A stretch of DNA of 32,000 nucleotides, taken from contig JAHRFX010000105.1 in NCBI GenBank assembly GCA_019084405.1, forward strand, positions 13,228 through 45,227. Direction: 5' to 3'. The position numbers and the translations under genes are program-made. The stretch is from Methanobacterium sp. (GTDB taxonomy: Archaea > Methanobacteriota > Methanobacteria > Methanobacteriales > Methanobacteriaceae). Of the stretch, positions 18,727 to 26,823 are shown one piece after another. Each line of letters opens with the position of its first letter. The stretch's first letter is position 1. The notes below the pieces were generated by a model, which searched no databases, had not been told where the DNA came from, and saw nothing but the letters and a program-made list of their open reading frames with translations.

Positions 18727-19979
18727 GAAAAAATTACAGAATTTTAGCTTTCTTTCTGGTTTTACTCCTGGCCATGAATACTGTTTCGGCCACCATGAAC
18801 GTTATTATAATCACTGACCCCACTGGTAAAGATCCTAACGGGGCTGCAGGGGGAAGTATGTCCTTTGCACAAAACATGTTCCAATCCACTTTTCTTATGT
18901 CCAAAGAAAAACAATTTGTGGTTCTCTCTGGTGGGGAAGGGGATGCTATTAATCGTTTAGGTGCTATTGTGGAAACTATTAGTCGTTTAGATAACGGAGC
19001 TACTGCTTCTGAGGCAGCTGCAGTAGCAAGCGGGTTTCAAGGAATAAGGGTAATGACGGGTGGGCCTAAAATTGGGGCGGCAGTAGGTGGAACATTTACT
19101 GCCTATCTGGTGGTAGTAGAAGATGATGGAACTATCAAGGTTACTCCCCAATCCGGAGGAGTAGCTTCTTTAGCTCCCGGTCAAAGAGGGGCCATAATCC
19201 ACTTAAGAAATACAGCGGGTAATCCCCAATATGGAACTGCTGAGAGGGTCAGGCGAGAAACAGCGGTTAATATAGGAAAGATGATTCGTGATGGTTATTC
19301 AGCCACAACCATTATGGGTAAAGTATTTGAAGATGTATCCAAGAATGCTGGAGAAAAATATGGTGGTGGTGCGGTGAATTTGAATTCCGGACTAACCACA
19401 GGGGACATGTTCACTCCAGCAGACCTTAATCAAACAGGTTATCCTATGAATGAGCCTTATACCAAGGTATGTCCGGTGGATGGATGGAGTGCTGGTTATC
19501 CCACTGCAGAAAGTTATACTCTCTGTCCTGTAGATGGTACTCCCCTGGAGACCATTTATGCCTATGATGCCCTGACCAATGCCATCACCGTAACTCAGGA
19601 CAGTGTTTATGTATCAGTGTATGGTAGTGATGAGGTGGGTGTTAGTGAGACCACCAAGGAAATAGTCAGGGCCTCGGTTAAAAGAAATGGATACAATGCC
19701 AATGCCATTGCAGAATCTTTAAATCGGGCTATTAAAAATGGATACATCGTAGGAGTAAATTACGTGGAACCTAAAGATATCAATGCAGCTGAATCTTCCA
19801 GAGCAGTGGGTATTTATTATAATCCCCTACCCGGTGGTAGAACTTCACCACCATGGGAACTTCCGGTAGGTGCTAATGTACTGGATGTGGTGGGTAATGT
19901 TCAGACTGCTATAGGCTTTGTACTGGTATTGCTGGTACTCTTTAGAAGCACACTTTTGACCTCCTTTAAAAAGAGATAA
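18723..19979 (+). CDS. Exported protein with signal peptide and C-terminal TM anchor; function unknown
   Basis: 418-aa ORF. TTG start overlaps the upstream TGA (TTGA). Signal peptide MRKNYRILAFFLVLLLAMNTVSA|T, Gly/Ala-rich ectodomain, two CPVDG motifs, C-terminal helix AIGFVLVLLVLF followed by KKR. Confidence 0.7.
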   Translation: MRKNYRILAFFLVLLLAMNTVSATMNVIIITDPTGKDPNGAAGGSMSFAQNMFQSTFLMSKEKQFVVLSGGEGDAINRLGAIVETISRLDNGATASEAAAVASGFQGIRVMTGGPKIGAAVGGTFTAYLVVVEDDGTIKVTPQSGGVASLAPGQRGAIIHLRNTAGNPQYGTAERVRRETAVNIGKMIRDGYSATTIMGKVFEDVSKNAGEKYGGGAVNLNSGLTTGDMFTPADLNQTGYPMNEPYTKVCPVDGWSAGYPTAESYTLCPVDGTPLETIYAYDALTNAITVTQDSVYVSVYGSDEVGVSETTKEIVRASVKRNGYNANAIAESLNRAIKNGYIVGVNYVEPKDINAAESSRAVGIYYNPLPGGRTSPPWELPVGANVLDVVGNVQTAIGFVLVLLVLFRSTLLTSFKKR

Positions 19980-20033
19980 CAGGGGGGTTTTAAAATTTCT
20001 TTAATCATAATACGGGCAGATAGTAATAAAAAA

Positions 20034-20348
20034 TTGTTAAATGCAATGGCAGATATTGAACGCCATGCTGGACTGAAAGTCCAGGGGAAACCTAAAATAC
20101 TGGATAATAATTATGCGGATAAAATGGTGGAAAGCATATTAAAAACCAGGTTGAGGAACCGTTCTCAGGTGGCAGTAATGGTCAAGCTGGAACAGGATGC
20201 TACTTTAAGTATAATGAAAATAAAAAGCATCCACCCCCCGGCTCATGTAGTAGTGATAAGTGAAGAATATGCAGAATATGAGACTTTAAAATTAAAAATG
20301 CAGTATGCACCTGATTTTAAAGGTTATTATTCTCACAAAAAGAAGTAG
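20034..20348 (+). CDS. Hypothetical protein (104 aa from TTG); N-terminal boundary uncertain
   Basis: ORF in the same frame as the preceding gene. The frame is open back to that gene's TAA and encodes a strand-like SLIIIRAD before the first canonical start codon (ATG/GTG/TTG). The 3' end lies in a 59-bp tandem repeat. Confidence 0.45.
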   Translation: MLNAMADIERHAGLKVQGKPKILDNNYADKMVESILKTRLRNRSQVAVMVKLEQDATLSIMKIKSIHPPAHVVVISEEYAEYETLKLKMQYAPDFKGYYSHKKK

Positions 20349-20467
20349 AATTAAAAATGCAGTATGCGCCTGATTTTAAAGGTTATTATTCTCACAAAAA
20401 GAAGTAGAATTAAAAATGCAGTATGCACCTGATTTTAAAGGATATTATTCTCACAAAAAGAAAATTA
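20291..20467 (+). repeat. 59-bp tandem repeat, 3 copies (third diverges in its last 6 nt)
   Basis: Copies start at 20291, 20350 and 20409 (ATTAAAAATGCAGTATGC...). There is one substitution in copy 2 (A>G) and one in copy 3 (T>A). Each copy carries ATG...MQYAPDFKGYYSHKKK. Confidence 0.95.
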
Positions 20468-20475
20468 AAAAATAC

Positions 20476-20483
20476 TTTTTTTT
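20476..20483 (+). terminator. Oligo-T tract (T8), candidate archaeal terminator
   Basis: T8 run immediately after the repeat array, between convergent genes. Confidence 0.4.
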
Positions 20484-20526
20484 ATTGACTAATCTATTCA
20501 CCTATCAAACATCCACCTGAACCATC

Positions 20527-21249
20527 TTAAGGTGAATAGAGATCTATAACCTTTTCATGAGCCAAATATTCGATTTTATCATCAAGTTTATCTAATGCCT
20601 TTATTTCATACTTTTTTTCCAGTGCTTTCAATATCATGTAATCTGCCAGGTGGGGATTTTTAGGTAGCACTGGCCCGTGTAAGTAGGTTCCAATACAGTT
20701 TTTATATACCATCCCCTCTTTTTCATCTTTTCCATTGTTTCCATGTCCAGATATGACTTTTCCCAGAGGTTGCAGGTCATGATAAGTCCGGCCACCATGG
20801 TTTTCAAATCCAACCAGAGTATCTGGCTTCAATCCCAGGGTGTTTTTTGTGATTATATTGCCAATTAAACGTCCTTCTTCACTTTTAGTTTCATAATCAA
20901 ATATTTCCAGACCAGGCATCTTATTTCCTTCAGCATCAATATACTTATTTCCTAAAAGCTGATATCCGCCACATATGGCCATAAATATTTTCTCGTCCTC
21001 TATTAATTCTTCCAGCTCCTTTTTATATTTCAGGAGGTGGGAATAAATCAAACTCTGACCCCGGTCAGATCCCCCTCCTATGAAAAAAATATCCCCGTCC
21101 TGGAGGGATACTTCCTGGTTTATACTGAAATTCACTATATTAGGTTGGATACCTAACCATTCACATCTCCTTTTAAGACAGGTAACATTACCTAAATCTC
21201 CATATAGATTTAAAAGGTCGGGGTACATTTGAAATATGTTAATCTCCAT
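20527..21249 (-). CDS. GatD-like (CobB/CobQ-type) glutamine amidotransferase subunit
   Basis: 240-aa ORF. Class-I GATase nucleophile elbow AICGGYQLLG (Cys93) and YLHGPVLPKNP His motif, as in the GatD partner of MurT. It starts 22 nt after the stop of the upstream MurT-like gene. Confidence 0.85.
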   Translation of the reverse strand: MEINIFQMYPDLLNLYGDLGNVTCLKRRCEWLGIQPNIVNFSINQEVSLQDGDIFFIGGGSDRGQSLIYSHLLKYKKELEELIEDEKIFMAICGGYQLLGNKYIDAEGNKMPGLEIFDYETKSEEGRLIGNIITKNTLGLKPDTLVGFENHGGRTYHDLQPLGKVISGHGNNGKDEKEGMVYKNCIGTYLHGPVLPKNPHLADYMILKALEKKYEIKALDKLDDKIEYLAHEKVIDLYSP

Positions 21250-21271
21250 ATCATCCTCTCAATATTTTTAT

Positions 21272-22690
21272 TTAAGATTTTGGTAATTTTAAATTCTTTA
21301 GAAACTCTCTAAAATAGGATATAGTCCTACCTTTACCTTCAATCCGGGCATTTAGAAGTTCTCTTAAATGGAATAAGGCAGTGTAAGTAGGTAATATGTA
21401 AATGGTTTCCACATCTTCATACAGGATTTTATCCAGTGCCTGGTCTATATTTTCATGTATATGGAAGTTTTCTGTGGATATCCCGGCATACTTGAATCTT
21501 AATGCCATATCATGGGGTCTTCGACCTGCAAAATGTATATTTTTTAGATTTTTAGCCTGAAGCACATTTTCTATTTCTGCATCCCATATCCAGGAAACAT
21601 CAGCACCATCGGCTGGATTATCATTTAATATCATTAACAAACTTTTTTTAGAATCATCCATGGCCAAAATCTTCAACACTTCTCCTAAACTAATAGGATT
21701 TTTTACCAGCACCACTTTAACATTTTTTTCATTAATTAAAAAATTTTCCATCCTTCCCAACTTATATTCAAAACTCTCAATTCGTTGGGTAACCGTATCC
21801 AGATCCATGCCCATTTCCAGAGCCGCGGAAGTAGATGCGCAGCAGTTATAAGCATTGTAAACACCACCATATTTGAATTCAAAATCTTTCAAATTTTGGT
21901 CTGCATTTAAAACAAATCTGTAATTTTCTCCTTGATATTGTATATCCGTGATTTCATATTTCCTTTCTGGATTTTCAAACCCACACCGGGCACAACTATA
22001 GCCGCCTAACTGCCCATAATTAAAATAAGAATAATCTAAATGTTCATTACATCCCGGGCAGAAATTGGTTTCAACCACATTTTGATTGCTATCGCAAAAC
22101 TGGTTTTCTAAGACCCCATAAAAGATATTTTTCTTACCTAATTTTTTAAAGTTAGAAACAAGTGGATCATCTGCATTAAGTATCAGGGTGGTATGGAGTG
22201 GCTCCAGAGATTCATAAATATCCTGGAATGCTTTCTCTATTTCCCCATAACGATCTAATTGATCCCGGAAGAAGTTGGTTATAACCACGTAATCGGGTTT
22301 CAGGTCTCTTACCACTCTTTTAAAGGAACCTTCATCTACTTCAAAAATTCCCCAATCATAATCCTCTTTTAAATCATTTATAAAAGCACTTACTAGTCCT
22401 TGAGGCATGTTAGCCCCTCTTAAGTTGGATAAAATCCGGGGATATTTCCCTTTGACTATATGGACTAAAAGGTTGTTGGTGGTGGTTTTACCATTAGTTC
22501 CAGTTATAAGCACCGTTTTCTTACAACGATGGTCAACTTCTTTTAATATATCCGGATAGATAGACATGGCTACTTTACCTGGTAAGGCACCGGCACTACT
22601 TTTTAAAAAGATTTTAAGTATAAATGATATGGATCTTCCTGCAAAAATTGATAATTTAAATTTAAGTTTTTTTATTTTAATCTTCCCCAC
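21272..22690 (-). CDS. MurT-like Mur ligase (Mur middle domain + DUF1727 C-terminal domain)
   Basis: 472-aa ORF (GTG start). P-loop ITGTNGKTTT, Cys4 ribbon CPGCNEHL...CARCG, C-terminal NDNPADGADVSWIWD motif characteristic of MurT. Confidence 0.85.
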   Translation of the reverse strand: MGKIKIKKLKFKLSIFAGRSISFILKIFLKSSAGALPGKVAMSIYPDILKEVDHRCKKTVLITGTNGKTTTNNLLVHIVKGKYPRILSNLRGANMPQGLVSAFINDLKEDYDWGIFEVDEGSFKRVVRDLKPDYVVITNFFRDQLDRYGEIEKAFQDIYESLEPLHTTLILNADDPLVSNFKKLGKKNIFYGVLENQFCDSNQNVVETNFCPGCNEHLDYSYFNYGQLGGYSCARCGFENPERKYEITDIQYQGENYRFVLNADQNLKDFEFKYGGVYNAYNCCASTSAALEMGMDLDTVTQRIESFEYKLGRMENFLINEKNVKVVLVKNPISLGEVLKILAMDDSKKSLLMILNDNPADGADVSWIWDAEIENVLQAKNLKNIHFAGRRPHDMALRFKYAGISTENFHIHENIDQALDKILYEDVETIYILPTYTALFHLRELLNARIEGKGRTISYFREFLKNLKLPKS

Positions 22691-22997
22691 CTCAAATTTC
22701 TAAAAAAGCCAGGAACTTTTTTTAGGAAATTTATAATATTTTAATTTTATAATTTAAAATTTCATAAGTTCATAATCAGGATTAAAGGCAACCCTCTAAG
22801 TAAGAATATATCTTTAACTCCTAAAAAATCCCATTAACTTTGACTTTAGGGAATAAGTTTATTCTTCACATTGATTTTAAGGGATATTTAATATATAAGG
22901 CTCCTGAATTTCAAATAAAATACAATAATGCCTTTTTAATAGGGCATAAATCCTGATACCTCATAATAAATTATTTAAAAATTAAGTATGGAGTTTT

Positions 22998-23456
22998 TTA
23001 ATGTTTTTTAATACGGGCTATATCTCCAATAGTTGCCCCTTTCATGGTAGCCGATTTAAAATCTTCCCCACCGGCATCTTCTATTTTTTCTATAAGGGTA
23101 ATTTTAAGGATTTTTTCCATTTTTCTGGCCAGTTTGATATCCGGGACCATTTTTCCACTTTCTAGCCTGTTAATTACCGAAACTTTTTCATAGATTTTTT
23201 CACCTAAATCTTCACGTGACCAGCCTTTTTTCTCACGGGCTTCCCTTATTATGGTCTGATAGTCTTCTAAAATATCATAAATGGTTTCCCTTCTTGGAGG
23301 GGCCGTTTGGCGTGGGCGCGGTCTACTTGGTTTTGGCGGTTCTCTTTGAATTTTACCAAATTTAGAACAGTCAGTACAAACATTCATAACTGATCCATCT
23401 ATTTTAGTTTTTATAGGTTGCTCTACAATCTTTTTCCCACAAATCTCGCATCTCAT
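22998..23456 (-). CDS. Archaeal multiprotein-bridging factor 1 (aMBF1): Zn-ribbon + HTH (XRE) domain
   Basis: 152-aa ORF. N-terminal CEICG...CTDC zinc ribbon, Pro/Arg linker, C-terminal HTH (WSREDLGEKIYEKVSVINRLESGKMVP). Confidence 0.85.
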   Translation of the reverse strand: MRCEICGKKIVEQPIKTKIDGSVMNVCTDCSKFGKIQREPPKPSRPRPRQTAPPRRETIYDILEDYQTIIREAREKKGWSREDLGEKIYEKVSVINRLESGKMVPDIKLARKMEKILKITLIEKIEDAGGEDFKSATMKGATIGDIARIKKH

Positions 23457-23751
23457 GTAAAATCCCTTTGTTTTTTTAATTATATATCATTTATTGGATT
23501 TTTAATTCAAGTTATTAAATTAGATTGCAGTTTTTTTAATTATTAATTATTTGGCTTAAATATGAGATGATATTTATATTTTCCTTTTCTTAAAGGATAT
23601 TAATTATATTATGCAATAAATCATTTAATTGAGATTTTTTATTTTCAGTCTTTACTTAAAAAAAGGATATAATTTAATTTGACCTCAATCTTTAAATATT
23701 AATAAAACAAAGATAGTATTATTAAAATTTATATAGGAGTGTTCTCGAACT

Positions 23752-24984
23752 ATGGAAAATTCCTCCCAAACTATTTTGAAGAAAATTGAAGACCTTAAAA
23801 AAGAAATAAGATTACTTAAAGAAGAAAACACTAAAACTAAAAGGAATCTGATGTGGAAAGTCAGAAAACTGGAAAAAGACAAAGTTTTAATTGAAAATGA
23901 AAAAATCCGGCTTGATAGGGAAGTTAAATCCTTAAGGGGAGAAGTGGAACGATTTAGATCCCCTCCATTAGTGATTGCTACCATTACTGAAGTTTTAGAT
24001 GAACACCGTATTGCGGTTAAAAGCAGTACCGGACCTCATTTTGTAATTAACTATTCAAGATTCTTAGATGAAAAATTGTTGGAACCTGGTGCAAGGGTGG
24101 CCCTGAATCAACAGTCATTCAGTATTGTTGATGTATTACCATCTGAAAAGGATCCGGTGGTTACCGGGATGGAAGTTGAAGAAAAACCAGATGTTTCTTA
24201 TGAACAAATTGGTGGTTTAGCAGAGCAGGTAGTGGAAGTAAAAGAAACAGTGGAATTACCACTGAAAAAACCAGAGCTCTTTAAAAAGATAGGTATTGAA
24301 CCACCTAAAGGTGTTCTTTTATATGGCCCTCCAGGTACTGGTAAGACTTTGCTGGCTAAAGCAGTGGCTCATGAGACCAATGCTACCTTTATTAAAATCG
24401 TTGCTTCTGAATTTGTAAGGAAATATATTGGAGAAGGAGCCCGACTGGTTAGAGGTGTATTTGAACTGGCCAAGGAGAAATCACCCAGTATAATCTTTAT
24501 TGATGAAATTGACGCGGTGGCTGCCAAAAGATTAAAAAGCTCCACCAGCGGTGATAGGGAAGTACAAAGGACTCTAATGCAATTACTGGCTGAACTGGAT
24601 GGTTTTGAAGCACGGGGAGATGTGGGGATAGTGGCCGCAACCAACAGACCGGATATTCTGGATCCCGCTCTTTTAAGACCAGGACGTTTTGACCGATTCA
24701 TTGAGGTCCCCATACCTAATGACATATCAAGAAAAGAAATTTTAAGAATACACACCAAAAACATGGCCTTAGCTGAAGAAGTGGATATTGAACTTCTATC
24801 CAGCCTGACTGAAGGTGCATCTGGTGCGGATCTTAAAGCCATTGGTACAGAGGCAGGTATGTTTGCCATTAGGGATGAAAGAGAAGAAGTTACTATGAAT
24901 GACTTTCTAGACGCCGTTGATAAAATAATGGGTGTTGAAGCCGAAGAAGAGTACAAAAAAGAAGCAGGAGTAATGTTTGGTTAA
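23752..24984 (+). CDS. pan: Proteasome-activating nucleotidase (AAA+ ATPase)
   Basis: 410-aa ORF. N-terminal coiled coil, OB domain, Walker A GPPGTGKT, Walker B IIFIDEID, second region of homology [29 protein letters not shown] about 10 nt upstream. Confidence 0.95.
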   Translation: MENSSQTILKKIEDLKKEIRLLKEENTKTKRNLMWKVRKLEKDKVLIENEKIRLDREVKSLRGEVERFRSPPLVIATITEVLDEHRIAVKSSTGPHFVINYSRFLDEKLLEPGARVALNQQSFSIVDVLPSEKDPVVTGMEVEEKPDVSYEQIGGLAEQVVEVKETVELPLKKPELFKKIGIEPPKGVLLYGPPGTGKTLLAKAVAHETNATFIKIVASEFVRKYIGEGARLVRGVFELAKEKSPSIIFIDEIDAVAAKRLKSSTSGDREVQRTLMQLLAELDGFEARGDVGIVAATNRPDILDPALLRPGRFDRFIEVPIPNDISRKEILRIHTKNMALAEEVDIELLSSLTEGASGADLKAIGTEAGMFAIRDEREEVTMNDFLDAVDKIMGVEAEEEYKKEAGVMFG

Positions 24985-25001
24985 ATCTGCTTTCTATTCT
25001 C

Positions 25002-25008
25002 TTTTTTT
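25002..25008 (+). terminator. Oligo-T tract (T7) after pan
   Basis: CTTTTTTTAA lies 17 nt after the pan stop and directly precedes the C/D sRNA. Confidence 0.35.
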
Positions 25009-25016
25009 AATATGTT

Positions 25017-25074
25017 GGCCAGTGATGAACCCTATGAGCTCTGATTAGTGATGAATGATGGGCGATCTGAGGCT
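25017..25074 (+). ncRNA. Box C/D sRNA (2'-O-methylation guide)
   Basis: Layout read directly: GGCC-A-GUGAUGA(C, 25022-28)-12 nt-CUGA(D', 25041-44)-UUA-GUGAUGA(C', 25048-54)-12 nt-CUGA(D, 25067-70)-GGCU. Both spacers are exactly 12 nt. Terminal GGCC/GGCU can pair (3 Watson-Crick pairs + 1 G-U). Confidence 0.85.
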
Positions 25075-25170
25075 AACTCTTAAATTTAGGATTTTTAATT
25101 ATTTTTATTGATATAAAATTCAAATTTTTTTTATTAAGCTTATTTTAATTTTGGTGGGGGTAATCAATTT

Positions 25171-25905
25171 TTAAACTTCAAAGAGATCCCCTAATACTCT
25201 TTTTTTATCAGTCTTAACCAGAGTTGGAATTTTACCCAGGGTTCCGGCAGATTCCCCCACAATAACCAGTACTCCCTGCAGGTATTCTTTAAAATCATCA
25301 GCCCTTTCCAGACTATTTTGGACTGCATCATGGTCCAATTCACCATTTGCCTCATTAGCAATACTACTAGCAAGTGCATCAGCAACACTGGCTTGTCTGG
25401 CAAATACAGTAACCGAATCAGACCTCCCAAAGCTAATGGAGTGACCTATTGTCCCGGATGAAGTGCAGATGCCCTGAGCTCTACCGGCCTTAATTTCAAA
25501 CCCGATTTTACCTGAAAGGGAGGAATTACCTGCATAAAGTCCAGAAACTATTTTTTTATTCGTTTTAAGGGCAATATCTCCTCCATTATCGATTATGCTA
25601 TATTTAGAACCTTTTTTCAACAGTAAACTTAAGGATAATTCTGCTATTGTTCCTGCCACCGCGGCCATAGGCCCTACTTCTCCTTTTCTACTGGCCCTAT
25701 CCATCATTTTGACAATTAATGGGGCTTTTTTTAAACTATCATCCCGGGGGACGGGTTCTAGTGAGTTTTTAAAATCTGGATTTCTTTTGATATAACTAAT
25801 CAATTTCAGGCGCTCATTTATTATGAAACTGGAAATATCTATGTTTTCCAGGTCGGAACTGAAATTTATGCGGGTTTGGTCAATTTCAATTTTTTTACAA
25901 AACAT
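25171..25905 (-). CDS. UPF0280 family protein (ApbE-like fold, function unknown)
   Basis: 244-aa ORF. GPMAAVAGTIAE, IDNGGDIA and CTSSGTIGHSxSFGxxD motifs match my recollection of the archaeal UPF0280 family. Confidence 0.7.
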   Translation of the reverse strand: MFCKKIEIDQTRINFSSDLENIDISSFIINERLKLISYIKRNPDFKNSLEPVPRDDSLKKAPLIVKMMDRASRKGEVGPMAAVAGTIAELSLSLLLKKGSKYSIIDNGGDIALKTNKKIVSGLYAGNSSLSGKIGFEIKAGRAQGICTSSGTIGHSISFGRSDSVTVFARQASVADALASSIANEANGELDHDAVQNSLERADDFKEYLQGVLVIVGESAGTLGKIPTLVKTDKKRVLGDLFEV

Positions 25906-26006
25906 CAGACATATTTTAGGGTCTTCTTTTAAAATAAATTAACCTCTCATCCTGAGGAATATCCATAAAAAATATTTAAGGTGATAATGATAGTATTGAT
26001 GATAAA

Positions 26007-26669
26007 ATGTTCGAAACAAATAGAAATTCATATCAAGATGGGGAAAAAGTCATATTAAGAACCAGGCCCCGTATTTTCATTCACAGCAAATCTGCTCTTA
26101 TTAAAATACTCTTTATTGGTCTACTTTTTTATTCCTTCAACTCCATCATTTCCTTTACAGTTACTATCCAGAGTTCTCTCATTGAATTTGTACAGATACC
26201 CCTGGTGCAGGGAGTAAGTATCGCTATTCTACTTTTAATTTTAGTTTTAATATTATGGGCGGTCTGGGACTTATTATCCTGGAAATTCACGGAATATTTA
26301 CTTACCAATCAGAGAATTATCGTTCAAAAAGGCATGATAAATAAAAAGAGATCATATATCCGTTATAACAAAGTCCAGGATGTGGTAATTTATCAAAATT
26401 TACTGGAGAGGATTTTTGCTTCAGGAGATATTGAAATATTCAGTGGTCATGAAAATACCAGTATCATACTGGAGAATATCCCTCAACCTTACCATTTAGA
26501 AGATAAAATTAACCGGATGATAGATCAAAATTTATCCTATACTCAAATGGCCAGAGAAATCCAAAAAGAGATGGAAGGGGAGACAAATGGAAAAATTAAT
26601 ACTCAGAATACCCCTCGCCGGGGTAAAAAACCTATAATGGAAAACCATGCCCGGAAATTTAAAAGATAA
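26007..26669 (+). CDS. Membrane protein with bacterial-type PH domain (bPH_2/DUF304, YdbS-like)
   Basis: 220-aa ORF. Two TM helices followed by YLLTNQRIIVQKG...I.Y.KVQDV...Q.LLERIFxxGDIEI pattern. Basic C-terminal tail. Confidence 0.7.
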   Translation: MFETNRNSYQDGEKVILRTRPRIFIHSKSALIKILFIGLLFYSFNSIISFTVTIQSSLIEFVQIPLVQGVSIAILLLILVLILWAVWDLLSWKFTEYLLTNQRIIVQKGMINKKRSYIRYNKVQDVVIYQNLLERIFASGDIEIFSGHENTSIILENIPQPYHLEDKINRMIDQNLSYTQMAREIQKEMEGETNGKINTQNTPRRGKKPIMENHARKFKR

Positions 26670-26823
26670 TTTTTTATAGGATAGAGGTTAATAAATTCTA
26701 AGACTATTTAAATTTGATAAATGCAACTCTTTTGGATATGTAATTTTTAAGTTATTTAGAAAGTTTTTGTATCCTGTAATTAGGCTATAATTTTTAATTT
26801 GAATTCATATATAAGGAGATAAT

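Noticed and set aside
20291-20467. Possible CRISPR array, suggested by regularly spaced identical repeats
   Set aside because: The copies are directly contiguous (period 59 bp, no spacers). They duplicate a coding 3' end, and no cas genes or leader are present. This is a tandem duplication, not a CRISPR.
24369-24956. 195-aa ORF antisense to pan
   Set aside because: It lies entirely inside a strongly conserved AAA+ ATPase gene on the opposite strand. The translation is Ser/Ala/Pro-rich low-complexity sequence with no motifs. This is a typical shadow ORF.
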